From positions 1 through 58,540 of the forward strand of contig JAKCEK010000001.1 in assembly GCA_021838005.1 (NCBI GenBank): a DNA stretch of 58,540 nucleotides. The letters run 5' to 3'. Each line of letters opens with the position of its first letter. Within the stretch, counting starts at the first letter, position 1. The notes below the pieces were generated by a model. The model had not been told where the DNA came from and made no database searches. It was given only the letters and a program-made list of their open reading frames with translations. This DNA comes from Actinomycetes bacterium (GTDB lineage Bacteria > Actinomycetota > Acidimicrobiia > Acidimicrobiales > RAAP-2). The translations under genes and the position numbers were made by a program. Positions 10,227 through 20,337 of this stretch are shown here, one piece after another.

Positions 10227-11831
10227 ATGCACCCCTACGTCGTCGAGGAGTTCTCCGAGGACGAGCGCGCGGTGCTGCGCCGGTACTTCACCAACCTCGA
10301 GGGACCGGTGTTCGCCCTGGTCAACCTGCCCGAGGTGGTCAAGGGCGCCCTCTTCGCGCGCTACTCGCGCTCCTCGAAAAGTCTCCGGCGGCTCTTCTTG
10401 GACGAGTTCGTCGGCGACCTCGATCTGTCCGGCGACGCAACGGTGGACGCGACCGTGGGCCTCGCGCGCGCCGACGAACTGTACCAGCGGATCTTCGTCG
10501 AGTACGGGGACGACTCGGTGGCCCAGCTCGGGGGAGTGCACCTGGCGTGCGAGCAGGCGAGCAACCTGCTCACCAAGGTCCTCGAGCACGGCCGGCTGAT
10601 GAGCTACCTCGAGCAGTCGACCCGCTACATCGGCTACGACCGACGCCTCGCCAACGGCCACTACCGGTTCTACCGCGACCACGACCTGCTCGAGTCGCGG
10701 CTGGGCGCGCGCTACGTCGGCGAGATGGACCGGATGTTCGACACCTACCGGGAGCTCCTGCCCCGGCTCACCGACTGGCTGGCCCGCCGCTACCCCAAGA
10801 CCGCCGAGGACACCGACTTCGTCTATCGCCAGGCCATCCGCGCCAAGGCACTCGACGGGCTCAGGGGCCTGCTCCCGGCGAGCGCTCTGTCGAATCTCGG
10901 GATCTACGCCTCCGGCCAGGCCTACGAGGCCCTGCTCCTGCGCATGCGCGCGAACGGCCTGCCCGAGGCGCGCCACTACGCCGAACTCATGCGTGTCGAA
11001 CTGGAGAAGGTCATCCCGTCGTTCCTGCGCCGCGTCGACGTGCCCGAGCGCGGAGGCGCGTGGGTGGAGTACCTCGAGTTGACGGAACGCCAGAGCACGG
11101 CGGCGGTCGAGGGCCTGCGCCTCGACCGCCCGGCCGAGGCGGCCGACGTCGTGCATCTCGTCTCGTTCGACCTCGCCGGGGAGGACCGCGTGCTCGAGGC
11201 AATCATCTTCGAGCGCTCCCGGGCCACCCACGCCGAGGCCGCCGCACGGGTCGCCCGACTGAGCGAGGCGGAGCGTGACGCCCTGTTCGACGCCTACGTG
11301 GGCGAGAGGAAGAATCGCCGCCATCGTCCGGGCCGGGCCTTCGAGCGGACCGACTACCGCTTCGAGGTCGTGAGCGACTACGGCGCCTTCCGCGACCTCC
11401 AGCGCCACCGTCTCCTCACCATCGAGTGGCAGGGCCTCGGGGTCGACCTCGGCTACGCCGTGCCCGAGGTCGTGGTCGACGCCGGCCTCGAGGAACCCTA
11501 CCGCCAGAGCCTGGATCGCTCCGGCGAGCTCTACGAGGCCGTGGCGGCCGAACTCCCCGAGCAGGCCCGCTACTGCGTGGCCCTGGCCTTTCGGATGCGC
11601 TTCGCGATGCAGATGAACGCGCGCGAGGCGATGCACGTGATCGAACTGCGCTCGGGCCCCCAGGGTCACCCCAATTACCGCCGCGTAGCCCAAGAGATGG
11701 GCCGGCTCATCGCCCATCAGGCCGGACACACCCGGATCGCCCGCGCGATGCACTTCGTCGACTACTCCGACGTCGACCTCGAGCGACTCGAGGCCGAACG
11801 CGCCGCTGAGCGCAACCGCGCGGCCCGCTAG
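10227..11831 (+). CDS. thyX: FAD-dependent thymidylate synthase, tandem two-domain ThyX type
   Basis: ARYSRS, YGDDSVAQL, YLEQSTRY in the N-half; FRDLQRHR and HVIELRS in the C-half; 534 aa. Confidence 0.8.
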   Translation: MHPYVVEEFSEDERAVLRRYFTNLEGPVFALVNLPEVVKGALFARYSRSSKSLRRLFLDEFVGDLDLSGDATVDATVGLARADELYQRIFVEYGDDSVAQLGGVHLACEQASNLLTKVLEHGRLMSYLEQSTRYIGYDRRLANGHYRFYRDHDLLESRLGARYVGEMDRMFDTYRELLPRLTDWLARRYPKTAEDTDFVYRQAIRAKALDGLRGLLPASALSNLGIYASGQAYEALLLRMRANGLPEARHYAELMRVELEKVIPSFLRRVDVPERGGAWVEYLELTERQSTAAVEGLRLDRPAEAADVVHLVSFDLAGEDRVLEAIIFERSRATHAEAAARVARLSEAERDALFDAYVGERKNRRHRPGRAFERTDYRFEVVSDYGAFRDLQRHRLLTIEWQGLGVDLGYAVPEVVVDAGLEEPYRQSLDRSGELYEAVAAELPEQARYCVALAFRMRFAMQMNAREAMHVIELRSGPQGHPNYRRVAQEMGRLIAHQAGHTRIARAMHFVDYSDVDLERLEAERAAERNRAAR

Positions 11832-11857
11832 GGTCGACGCTTCGTCGGCGGCCGCCC

Positions 11858-11873
11858 GGGGACCAAGGTCCCC
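11858..11873. promoter_or_regulatory. Inverted repeat GGGGACC-AA-GGTCCCC resembling a DosR/DevR box
   Basis: Palindrome seen directly; fits GGGAC-N4-GTCCC; about 50 bp upstream of TACAAT (11922-11927). Confidence 0.4.
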
Positions 11874-11950
11874 TTCGGCCAAAAGGCCTCGGAATGGACG
11901 TCACGGGGCAGCGCCAGGCCCTACAATGCCTGCGCCTGAAGAGAGGACAT

Positions 11951-12427
11951 ATGGCCAAGGACGCAGAGAACGAGGACGTGCTCGACGAGGATGAGCTCGC
12001 TGACGGCTTTGACGAGGATGGCGAGGACACCGACGAGATCGACGACGAACTCGTTCTCGTGGACGCGGAAGACGAGGACGAGGTCGTCGGCACCGGTGAC
12101 GTTGAGCCCGTGGAGGACGTGGAGGACGTCGACGAGTCCAACGAGGGGGCCGGCCCGACGGCCATCCCCGTTCAGGACGAGGACGACCTCATCGACGACA
12201 CCGACGTCGAGCTCGCCCTCGACGAGGTGTTGGCCGAGACGATCCTGCGCAAGGTCGTGCCCGACGACGACGAGGACACGGTCGTCGAAATCGACGGAAC
12301 CCTCGAGAGCACCGAGGTCATCCTGCCCAAGCAAGACGACGAGTTTCGCTGCCGGTCTTGCCGACTCTTGAAGAAGATGAGCCAACTCGCGGACGCGACG
12401 AACATGCTCTGTCGGGACTGCGTCTAG
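11951..12427 (+). CDS. DUF4193-like protein with long acidic N-terminal region and C-terminal CxxC...CxxC
   Basis: ILPKQDDEFRCRSCRLLKKMSQLA...LCRDCV; AGAGGA RBS before ATG 11951. Confidence 0.75.
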   Translation: MAKDAENEDVLDEDELADGFDEDGEDTDEIDDELVLVDAEDEDEVVGTGDVEPVEDVEDVDESNEGAGPTAIPVQDEDDLIDDTDVELALDEVLAETILRKVVPDDDEDTVVEIDGTLESTEVILPKQDDEFRCRSCRLLKKMSQLADATNMLCRDCV

Positions 12428-12430
12428 CGA

Positions 12431-12850
12431 GTGACGGTTCTCGTCCGCCTCGCCGTGCCGCCCGACGCCGACGCGCTGGCCGGGCTGTGGGACGACGCCG
12501 TGCGAGAGTGCGCCCAGCACCGCGGCGGTGGGGCGCTCCTGGTGGACCTCCGTCGTGGTCGCGACGACGCCGAGACGCTGCGCGACGCACTCGCCGCCGG
12601 CGAGCTCTGGGTATCGCTGGAGGCGGGTGTGCCCGTGGGCTACGCCTGGTCGCGTGGGGGGGTCATCGCGGCCCTCTACGTATCGCGGGCGCGCCGGCGG
12701 CGCGGCCACGCTCGGTCACTGGTCCGTGCCCTACTCGCCGAACCCCACCCGCCGACCGACGGCTACGCCCTCCCGGGCGATCGCGCGTCGAAGTCGCTCT
12801 ACGAGTCGATCGGCTGGAAGGCCCGACTCCTCACGATGCGCGCCGGCTGA
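12431..12850 (+). CDS. GNAT family N-acetyltransferase
   Basis: LYVSRARRRRGHARSL acetyl-CoA motif; KSLYESIGW. Confidence 0.7.
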   Translation: MTVLVRLAVPPDADALAGLWDDAVRECAQHRGGGALLVDLRRGRDDAETLRDALAAGELWVSLEAGVPVGYAWSRGGVIAALYVSRARRRRGHARSLVRALLAEPHPPTDGYALPGDRASKSLYESIGWKARLLTMRAG

Positions 12851-14204
12851 CCGCGCGACGCACGTTCTTCGCCGGTGGCGGGGGAGGAGGAACCTTCATG
12901 CCGAGGAGTTTCGCGAGCTCGGGGATTGCCCCGGCGTTGTGGATCGCGACGGCCCGACTGGCCTCGTCGTCGGGAATGCCCGAGGGCTTCACGTTTCGCC
13001 GGATCGAGGTGTCGACCGCCAGTTCGACGACGGCCCGCCACTGCCCAGGGTCCTGATCGGCCCGAAGGAACTCCGAGGTCAGCGCGACGACCTTTACTGC
13101 CGCCTCGGCGCTTACGCGCGTCGACACGTCCGGGGGCCGACCCACCAGGGTCAGCGCCTCGGTGACGTCACCGGTCTCGATGGCCCGATCGAGCTTCTCG
13201 CTCCACTGGACCCGCAAGGCCTCCACCCGATCGTGCAACGCGCCCTGGAGCTCTTTGAGTTGGGCTCGCGCCTCGTCATCCAGCGAAACCGTCTTGGCCG
13301 AGGTGACGATGGCGCGCAGATCGCGCAGGCGCAACTCCTTGCCGGCCCCGACGCCCCCAGCCGCGCGGTCCTTCCACACCGCAAGGTTGGTCCGAGCGAG
13401 CAGGTCCTCAGCGATGCGCTCGATCGTCGCCGGGTCCACCGTGGGTCGGCCCTGGGCCGAGGCGTTCTTGTTCTGGGTCTCGACGGCGGCCCGCACGGAG
13501 GGCATCCCGCCGCGCAGGAGTTGCTCGGCGACGGGCAGCTGCTCGGGCGACAGCGTTGCGAGCAGGGCGTTGCGGTGTGCGGTCGTCATGGGCGGGGTGA
13601 CGGGCCCACGGCGCTCGGTGCGCCCCTCCCGTGGACGCCCCCCCTCGGGACGACCCGTCCGCACCGGCCGGTCACCCGGCCGCCGGGCCGAGCGTTCTCC
13701 CTCGCGCCGGGGGACGCGCTCGCCCTCGCGCCGGCTGGAGCGCTCTCCCTCGCGCCGGGGGGGCCGCTCGCCCTCGCGCCGGCTGGAGCGCTCTCCCTCG
13801 CGCCGAGGGGGACGCTCGCCCTCGCGCCGGCTGGAGCGCTCTCCCTCGCGCCGGGGGGGCCGCTCGCCCTCGCGCCGGCTGGAGCGCTCTCCCTCGCGCC
13901 GGGGGGAGCGACCCTTGGGCGCGTAGGTGACCGTTACGTCCGGCCCCTTCGCGTCGCGGGCGATGAGCTCGAGCTTCTCGTGGCGGGGATCCAGCGGCGA
14001 CGCCGTCTTGGGCGGGGCGACCGAGAGGACCTCGAAGCCCTCCATGAACTGTTCCACGTCGGCGCGATACACGCCCCCGACCACCGGCCCGCCCGGCACC
14101 AGCGAGGCGGCGACGACACCCTTGGGCAGCTTGGCACCGGCGGCGCGCCACGTGGCGACCTCGCCGTTCAGGCTGGTGATTTCGATGTCGATCCGCCGAG
14201 ACAT
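12831..14204 (-). CDS. Hypothetical protein with internal RREGERxx repeat tract
   Basis: 457-aa ORF with natural-looking globular N- and C-terminal parts around a low-complexity repeat. Confidence 0.75.
   Translation of the reverse strand: MSRRIDIEITSLNGEVATWRAAGAKLPKGVVAASLVPGGPVVGGVYRADVEQFMEGFEVLSVAPPKTASPLDPRHEKLELIARDAKGPDVTVTYAPKGRSPRREGERSSRREGERPPRREGERSSRREGERPPRREGERSSRREGERPPRREGERSSRREGERVPRREGERSARRPGDRPVRTGRPEGGRPREGRTERRGPVTPPMTTAHRNALLATLSPEQLPVAEQLLRGGMPSVRAAVETQNKNASAQGRPTVDPATIERIAEDLLARTNLAVWKDRAAGGVGAGKELRLRDLRAIVTSAKTVSLDDEARAQLKELQGALHDRVEALRVQWSEKLDRAIETGDVTEALTLVGRPPDVSTRVSAEAAVKVVALTSEFLRADQDPGQWRAVVELAVDTSIRRNVKPSGIPDDEASRAVAIHNAGAIPELAKLLGMKVPPPPPPAKNVRRAVSRRAS
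13686..13901 (-). repeat. Coding tandem repeat, 9 x 24 bp with a 48-bp higher-order unit (RREGERSS/RREGERPP)
   Basis: Alternating near-identical units such as ccctcgcgccggctggagcgctct read directly. Confidence 0.95.
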
Positions 14205-14289
14205 AGGTCATCAACAGTACTCGGTCACCGGAATGGCCACGGTCGCTGGTCCCTAGTCGTCTCTTAGATTCGCCCCCTAGCATGGGCCG

Positions 14290-15642
<1,353 letters not shown>

Positions 15643-15658
15643 CCCGCGGGTTCGCGGC

Positions 15659-16426
15659 TCAGCGCAACGTCGCGATCCCGCCGTCCACCGGCAGGATCAC
15701 TCCGGTGACGTAGGCGGCGGCGGGGGAGGCGAGGAAGATCGCGGCCCCGGCCATATCCGTGGACCGCCCGATGCGCTTCATCGGTGCGGCGGCGGCGATC
15801 TCGTCGCCGAACGCCTCGAGGGTCGCGTGCATCATTTTGGACTCGAAGGGACCCGGCGCGATGGCGTTCACCGTCACCCTCGGGGCGAGGTACTTCGCGA
15901 GATGGCGGGTCAACTGGTGCACCGCGGCCTTCGAGGCCGAGTACGCGTAGGTCTCCATCGCCGGCACCCGGATCCCGTCGATCGACCCGATGTTGATGAC
16001 CCGGGCGGGGGACTCCGCGGTGCCCGACGCCTCGAGGAGGGGCCGCAGGAACTTCGTCAGGTGGAAGACTCCCTTCACGTTCAGCGAGAGGACCCGCTCG
16101 AAGGCCGCCTCGTCGTAGTCGGTCATCGGAGCACCCCAGGTCGCCCCGGCGTTGTTCACGAGGACGTCGAGGCGCGCCTCGCGCCCGGCGATCGCCTCAG
16201 CGAGGGTGCGGCATCCCGACTCGGTGCTGAGGTTCGCCTCGAGGAACGTGCAGGGGCCGAGCGCGGCCAACTCCGCGGCCCTCGCGTCGCCGACGTCGGC
16301 CTTGCGCGAGGAGATGTAGACCGTAGCCCCGGCCTCGAGGAAGCCCCGGGCGATCATCTCGCCGATGCCCCGGGTCCCACCGGTCACCAGCACCGTCTTG
16401 CCGCTCACGTCGAAGAGTCCGCTCAT
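15659..16426 (-). CDS. Short-chain dehydrogenase/reductase
   Basis: TGGTRGIG, NNAG, YSASK. Confidence 0.92.
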   Translation of the reverse strand: MSGLFDVSGKTVLVTGGTRGIGEMIARGFLEAGATVYISSRKADVGDARAAELAALGPCTFLEANLSTESGCRTLAEAIAGREARLDVLVNNAGATWGAPMTDYDEAAFERVLSLNVKGVFHLTKFLRPLLEASGTAESPARVINIGSIDGIRVPAMETYAYSASKAAVHQLTRHLAKYLAPRVTVNAIAPGPFESKMMHATLEAFGDEIAAAAPMKRIGRSTDMAGAAIFLASPAAAYVTGVILPVDGGIATLR

Positions 16427-16471
16427 CGGGCGAAGTGTAGACGTGGTCCCCCGGCGGGGAAGTGGTCTCCC

Positions 16472-16885
16472 CTAGTTCGAGACGCGCAGGACCGTCTGAG
16501 AGGCGACCACCGCGGCGTCGTGGGTCGTCGGCGCCCACTCCGCACGAATCCGCCACACCCCCGCCACCGTGAAGCTGAACGCGCACTCCACCTGACCCAG
16601 GCGCACCGCCTGGAAGCCGCACACGAGGTTCGAGCTGGACGAGCTCGCCGGGGCGATGGCCACCATCCGCACCACGCCACCGGAGTCGCCGGTCAGCGAC
16701 AAGACGTCCGCCGTGATGTTGAAGCCGTTGTTTGAGACGCTCGCGGGCTGGCTGTTGTCGCTGAAGTCAAAGGCCAGGATCACCGGTGCGTCGGTGGCCG
16801 AGCGGGCCGCCTGGGCACCGGCCGTGCCTCCCAGCAGGCCGAGCGGGACCAGGGCGAGCAGGGTCGCAGCCACCATCCGACGCAT
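16472..16885 (-). CDS. Secreted hypothetical protein
   Basis: MRRMVAATLLALVPLGLLGGTAGAQA signal peptide; TATCAT -10 element 6 nt before the ATG. Confidence 0.65.
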   Translation of the reverse strand: MRRMVAATLLALVPLGLLGGTAGAQAARSATDAPVILAFDFSDNSQPASVSNNGFNITADVLSLTGDSGGVVRMVAIAPASSSSSNLVCGFQAVRLGQVECAFSFTVAGVWRIRAEWAPTTHDAAVVASQTVLRVSN

Positions 16886-17012
16886 GGGCCGATGATACCA
16901 GGGCTTTCCCCCCATCACGCCGATAATAGCCGTTATGTCAAGTAACGTCGACGGACCGAGACCGCGTCCACGTCGCCACTCTCGCCTATCGCCCTCGGTA
17001 GCGTCTAGGTCC

Positions 17013-17465
17013 GTGCACCCCCACGTCACGCTGTCGCCGCGCCGGCTCGCGGCGGCGGTCCTCGGAGCGCTGGTGGCGGGAGCCGCGGGCACGCTCATCC
17101 GTTACGGGCTGACCGCCCTCGAGCACCCGCCGGCCGACACCGTGGCGACGGCCACCTGGACGGCCTTCATCCCGTGGTGGCTGCTCGTGATCAACGCGCT
17201 GGGCACGGGCGTCGCCGCGTTCGCCCTGTGGGGGCCGCTGCGCCGCCACGACCCGAACGACCTGACCCGGGTCGTGATCGTCACCGGCTTCCTCGGGGGG
17301 CTCACGTCGTACTCGACGCTCTACCTGGACCTCGGAGAGCTCTGGCACGTCTCGTGGGTCGCCGGCCTGCTGGTGAGCGCGGCGGCCCTCGCCAGCGGCG
17401 TCCTCCTCGCCGCGGTGGGCGTGCGGGTGGCTCGCCACTGGAGCCACCGGCGGCGGCCCGCGTGA
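17013..17465 (+). CDS. crcB: Fluoride channel Fluc/CrcB, subunit 1
   Basis: GTLIRY, LLVINALG, TGFLGGLTSYST. Confidence 0.8.
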   Translation: MHPHVTLSPRRLAAAVLGALVAGAAGTLIRYGLTALEHPPADTVATATWTAFIPWWLLVINALGTGVAAFALWGPLRRHDPNDLTRVVIVTGFLGGLTSYSTLYLDLGELWHVSWVAGLLVSAAALASGVLLAAVGVRVARHWSHRRRPA

Positions 17466-17821
17466 CGGTCCTGCTCGTCGGACTCTTCGGGGGCCTCGGG
17501 GCGGTCGCGCGCTACCTGGCCGAGTACGCCGTGCGCGCCCGCCACCCTAAAGACCGCCCTTGGGCGACCGTCGCGGTGAACGCCCTCGGGTGCGGGATCG
17601 CCGCCTACGTCGGCTATCGGTTCAGCGGCGCCCTCGACGCGCACGTGCGCGACCTCGTCATCACGGGGTTCTGCGGGGGGCTCACGACGTTCTCCTCGGC
17701 CTTCGCCGTCCCGGCCGTCTTGTCGCGCGAGCACCACTGGGTCTACTCGGCCGCGCTCCTCGTCTCGACGCCCCTCGCCTGCCTGGCGCTCTATCAACTG
17801 GGGATGCTCCTCGCGCGCTGA
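17462..17821 (+). CDS. crcB: Fluoride channel Fluc/CrcB, subunit 2
   Basis: GGLGAVARY, PWATVAVNALG, TGFCGGLTTFSS; GTGA overlap with subunit 1. Confidence 0.88.
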   Translation: MTVLLVGLFGGLGAVARYLAEYAVRARHPKDRPWATVAVNALGCGIAAYVGYRFSGALDAHVRDLVITGFCGGLTTFSSAFAVPAVLSREHHWVYSAALLVSTPLACLALYQLGMLLAR

Positions 17822-17928
17822 GCGCGACTGCCCGCCCCTGGGCGCCGCTCGCCGGCGAGTAGTAGCGTTCGACGCGCCACAGTCGCGGGGGCGGATTACT
17901 ACAACACGTGGAATCCAAGGGGGTAGGT

Positions 17929-18339
17929 ATGACACCGTTCTCGCGCATCTTCGCGCTTCGCCACTGGGGGATGCTCATCGCGTCACTCGTCGTTGCGTCG
18001 ACACTGACCGTGGCGACCCCCGCGAGCGCGGGCCAGAGTCCCTTTTGCAGGACACTCCTCGCGTTTCATCCCCACGCCCCTCAGAACTCACAGGACTGGA
18101 AGTCCTACCGGGCGTTCGCACGCACCGTCCTTCCCACGTTCAAGAAGTTGGCGGCAACCGCCCCCAACAGTGCGACCAGGGAACTCATGGATCAGTTGGT
18201 GGCCCAGCTGACTTTTGACACCCAAGCGAACAGCGTTAACGCTTTCAAGGGTTACTGGACCTCGCACCTGCGCCACTGGGAATACGACTGGCAACAGTTC
18301 GCCGCCGCCGAGCTGACCTGCGTGAAGGCGCTCTATTAG
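17929..18339 (+). CDS. Secreted hypothetical protein, visibly lower GC than its neighbours
   Basis: Signal peptide ending ATPASA, two Cys; purine-rich RBS before ATG 17929. Confidence 0.6.
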   Translation: MTPFSRIFALRHWGMLIASLVVASTLTVATPASAGQSPFCRTLLAFHPHAPQNSQDWKSYRAFARTVLPTFKKLAATAPNSATRELMDQLVAQLTFDTQANSVNAFKGYWTSHLRHWEYDWQQFAAAELTCVKALY

Positions 18340-18752
18340 AGGTGCGTGCTCGGCGCGACGAAGGGCCTCTCACGCCACGTCACTTGGTCGCGCGTGACAC
18401 GCGAGGCGAGTCCGTCCGCCCGATCCCGACAGAGGTCCTCGGGCGCGACTCGGGTGCCGAGGGGGCCCATCGGACCGGCGGGTGGATTCACCAACACGGG
18501 TGGGGTTCCTCGGGGCCGCGTCACTCTCTTCGAGCCCACGCGCTACTCGGCTCGGGTCGATCTCGCCGCGTGGCCGGTGACTCGCCACCTTGGGGGCCCG
18601 GACCGAGCCCGGCAGCTCCCCCCGACCGGCGACACCGGGCGTCCTCGGTAACGTCGACACCGCAGACGTGGTCGAACTCGTTCCCCACGAGCGTTGCGTC
18701 GCGGCGCAGACGTCGGCACAACGACAGCCCCGCACACCTTCTCGTGGCCCGT

Positions 18753-18777
18753 GACTCACGGATGCGTCGCGTGGGTC
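18753..18777 (-). terminator. Hairpin just downstream of the APC permease stop
   Basis: gactcacg...cgtgggtc 8-bp stem with one G-U pair; no clear U tract. Confidence 0.3.
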
Positions 18778-20256
18778 CTAGATCTTGACGGGACCCCGTT
18801 CGGACGCCGCGAGGTCGGAGAAGTCGGCACTGCCCCGCGGCGCCGAGGGCATCAGGGCGGCCGCGACGAGGCCGACGACGAGAATCACCACCGCCGTCCA
18901 GGGCGCCCAGATCGTCGGTGCGGTGACCTTGTAGATCGCCCCGAAGATCGCGGCGGCGGTCACCAGGAAACCCACCAGGCACGCGAGCGCCAGCTGCGAG
19001 GACTTACCGCTTTGCCGGAGCCCCCGCACCGCCCCCACCGCGATGAGCAGGTAGATGACCGCAATCGCGAAGCCCCCGAAGGTTGACATCCACGAGAACA
19101 TCGAGACGTACTCGGGCGTCTTGGGCAGCGCGAAGGCGCTCGAGTGCACCGCCAGCACGATCACGACCGCGTAGGCGAGCAGGACGAACACACTCGCCCC
19201 GAAGGGCGTGCCGTGGCGCGAGATCGACGTCAGGGGCCGGGGCATCTTGCCGTCACGCGCCAGGGCGAAGAAACCGCGCGACCCCGAGACCGCGCACCCG
19301 ATCAGCACCGCGATCATGTCGAAGACCACGACGAGCTCGACCAGTCGGCGGATGCCCACTCCGGCGAATCCCCCGGTGGCCTTCGGGCCGGCCAGGGTGA
19401 AGAGGGGCGCGCCGGCGTTCTTGCCGATCGCCGAAAGACTGAAGTGGAACCCCGCCACCTGGGCGAAGGACCCGATGACGTAGAACCCGGCGATCACCAG
19501 CACGGAGGTGAGCACGGCGCGCGGGATGTTGTGCTCGGGTCGCTCCGCCTCCTCGGCCAGGTTCGCCGAGGTCTCGAACCCCGTGAAGAGCAGGACCCCG
19601 TACAGGACCCCGAAGAGGATGCCCGTCCAGTGGGTGGGCGAGCCGCTCGGCGAGAAGCCCGAGGCGATGTGGTGCAGGCCCGAGCTCTTCACGATCACGT
19701 AGATCGAATAGACCAAGACGACGCTCACCGAGATCGCGGCCAGGGTCAGTTGGACGCGGGTCGACAAGGCGACCCCCAGGTAGATGATGGTCCCGACCAG
19801 CAGGAACAGAAGCACGTCCCACGCCCAGTACGGCAGGGGCGTCACGTTGAACTCACCCTGGATCGAGTCGTGGATGGTCCCGCCGATCATCGGCAGGATC
19901 CCCGCGCCCAGGGCCAGGATCCCCGCGTAGTAGAGCCACCCCGCCGCTGAACCGACGCGCCCGCCCAAGCCGTCGGTCACGTAGTCGTAGAGCGACCCGG
20001 CCGCCTGAATCTTTCGGGTGTACTCCGCGATGATCCAGCCCAGGCCCAGCACGCCGATGGCCGCGATGACCACGGCGAGGGGCGCCGCCGTGCCCGCTCC
20101 CTTGCCCGACGCGCTCACGATGCCCACAACCAGTGGCACCAAGAACGCGATCGAGAAGACGGGCCCCATCAGCCCAACCGACTGGGCCACCGTATCGATG
20201 AGGGTCAGGCGGCGCCGACCACCGAGCTCGGTTCGCTTCGTCGTGTCCGACGCCAT
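18778..20256 (-). CDS. APC family amino acid/amine permease
   Basis: About 12 hydrophobic segments, AGSLYDY, FTGFETSANLAEE, SRGFFALARDG. Confidence 0.9.
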   Translation of the reverse strand: MASDTTKRTELGGRRRLTLIDTVAQSVGLMGPVFSIAFLVPLVVGIVSASGKGAGTAAPLAVVIAAIGVLGLGWIIAEYTRKIQAAGSLYDYVTDGLGGRVGSAAGWLYYAGILALGAGILPMIGGTIHDSIQGEFNVTPLPYWAWDVLLFLLVGTIIYLGVALSTRVQLTLAAISVSVVLVYSIYVIVKSSGLHHIASGFSPSGSPTHWTGILFGVLYGVLLFTGFETSANLAEEAERPEHNIPRAVLTSVLVIAGFYVIGSFAQVAGFHFSLSAIGKNAGAPLFTLAGPKATGGFAGVGIRRLVELVVVFDMIAVLIGCAVSGSRGFFALARDGKMPRPLTSISRHGTPFGASVFVLLAYAVVIVLAVHSSAFALPKTPEYVSMFSWMSTFGGFAIAVIYLLIAVGAVRGLRQSGKSSQLALACLVGFLVTAAAIFGAIYKVTAPTIWAPWTAVVILVVGLVAAALMPSAPRGSADFSDLAASERGPVKI

Positions 20257-20303
20257 CGCTCCCCCTTGACGACGCGCCTCCCCCGGGCACGCACAATCGC
20301 ACG

Positions 20304-20332
20304 ACCGTAAGGGGTCAAACGAGCCCTGTCAA
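20304..20332 (-). promoter_or_regulatory. Sigma70-type promoter of the permease (TTGACA-N17-TACGGT) overlapped by an operator-like site at 20305-20322
   Basis: Minus strand reads TTGACA gggctcgtttgacccct TACGGT; plus strand CCGTAAG-GGGT-CAAACGA. Confidence 0.65.
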
Positions 20333-20337
20333 GGAAA

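Noticed and set aside
8889-11882. 997-aa antisense ORF and the many other long overlapping ORFs (e.g. 785-2473, 12528-14267, 54755-56461)
   Set aside because: They overlap well-supported genes, have no family motifs and show the composition expected of GC-rich shadow frames
13686-13901. 24-bp repeats as CRISPR repeats or iterons
   Set aside because: Head-to-tail in-frame coding repeat without spacers
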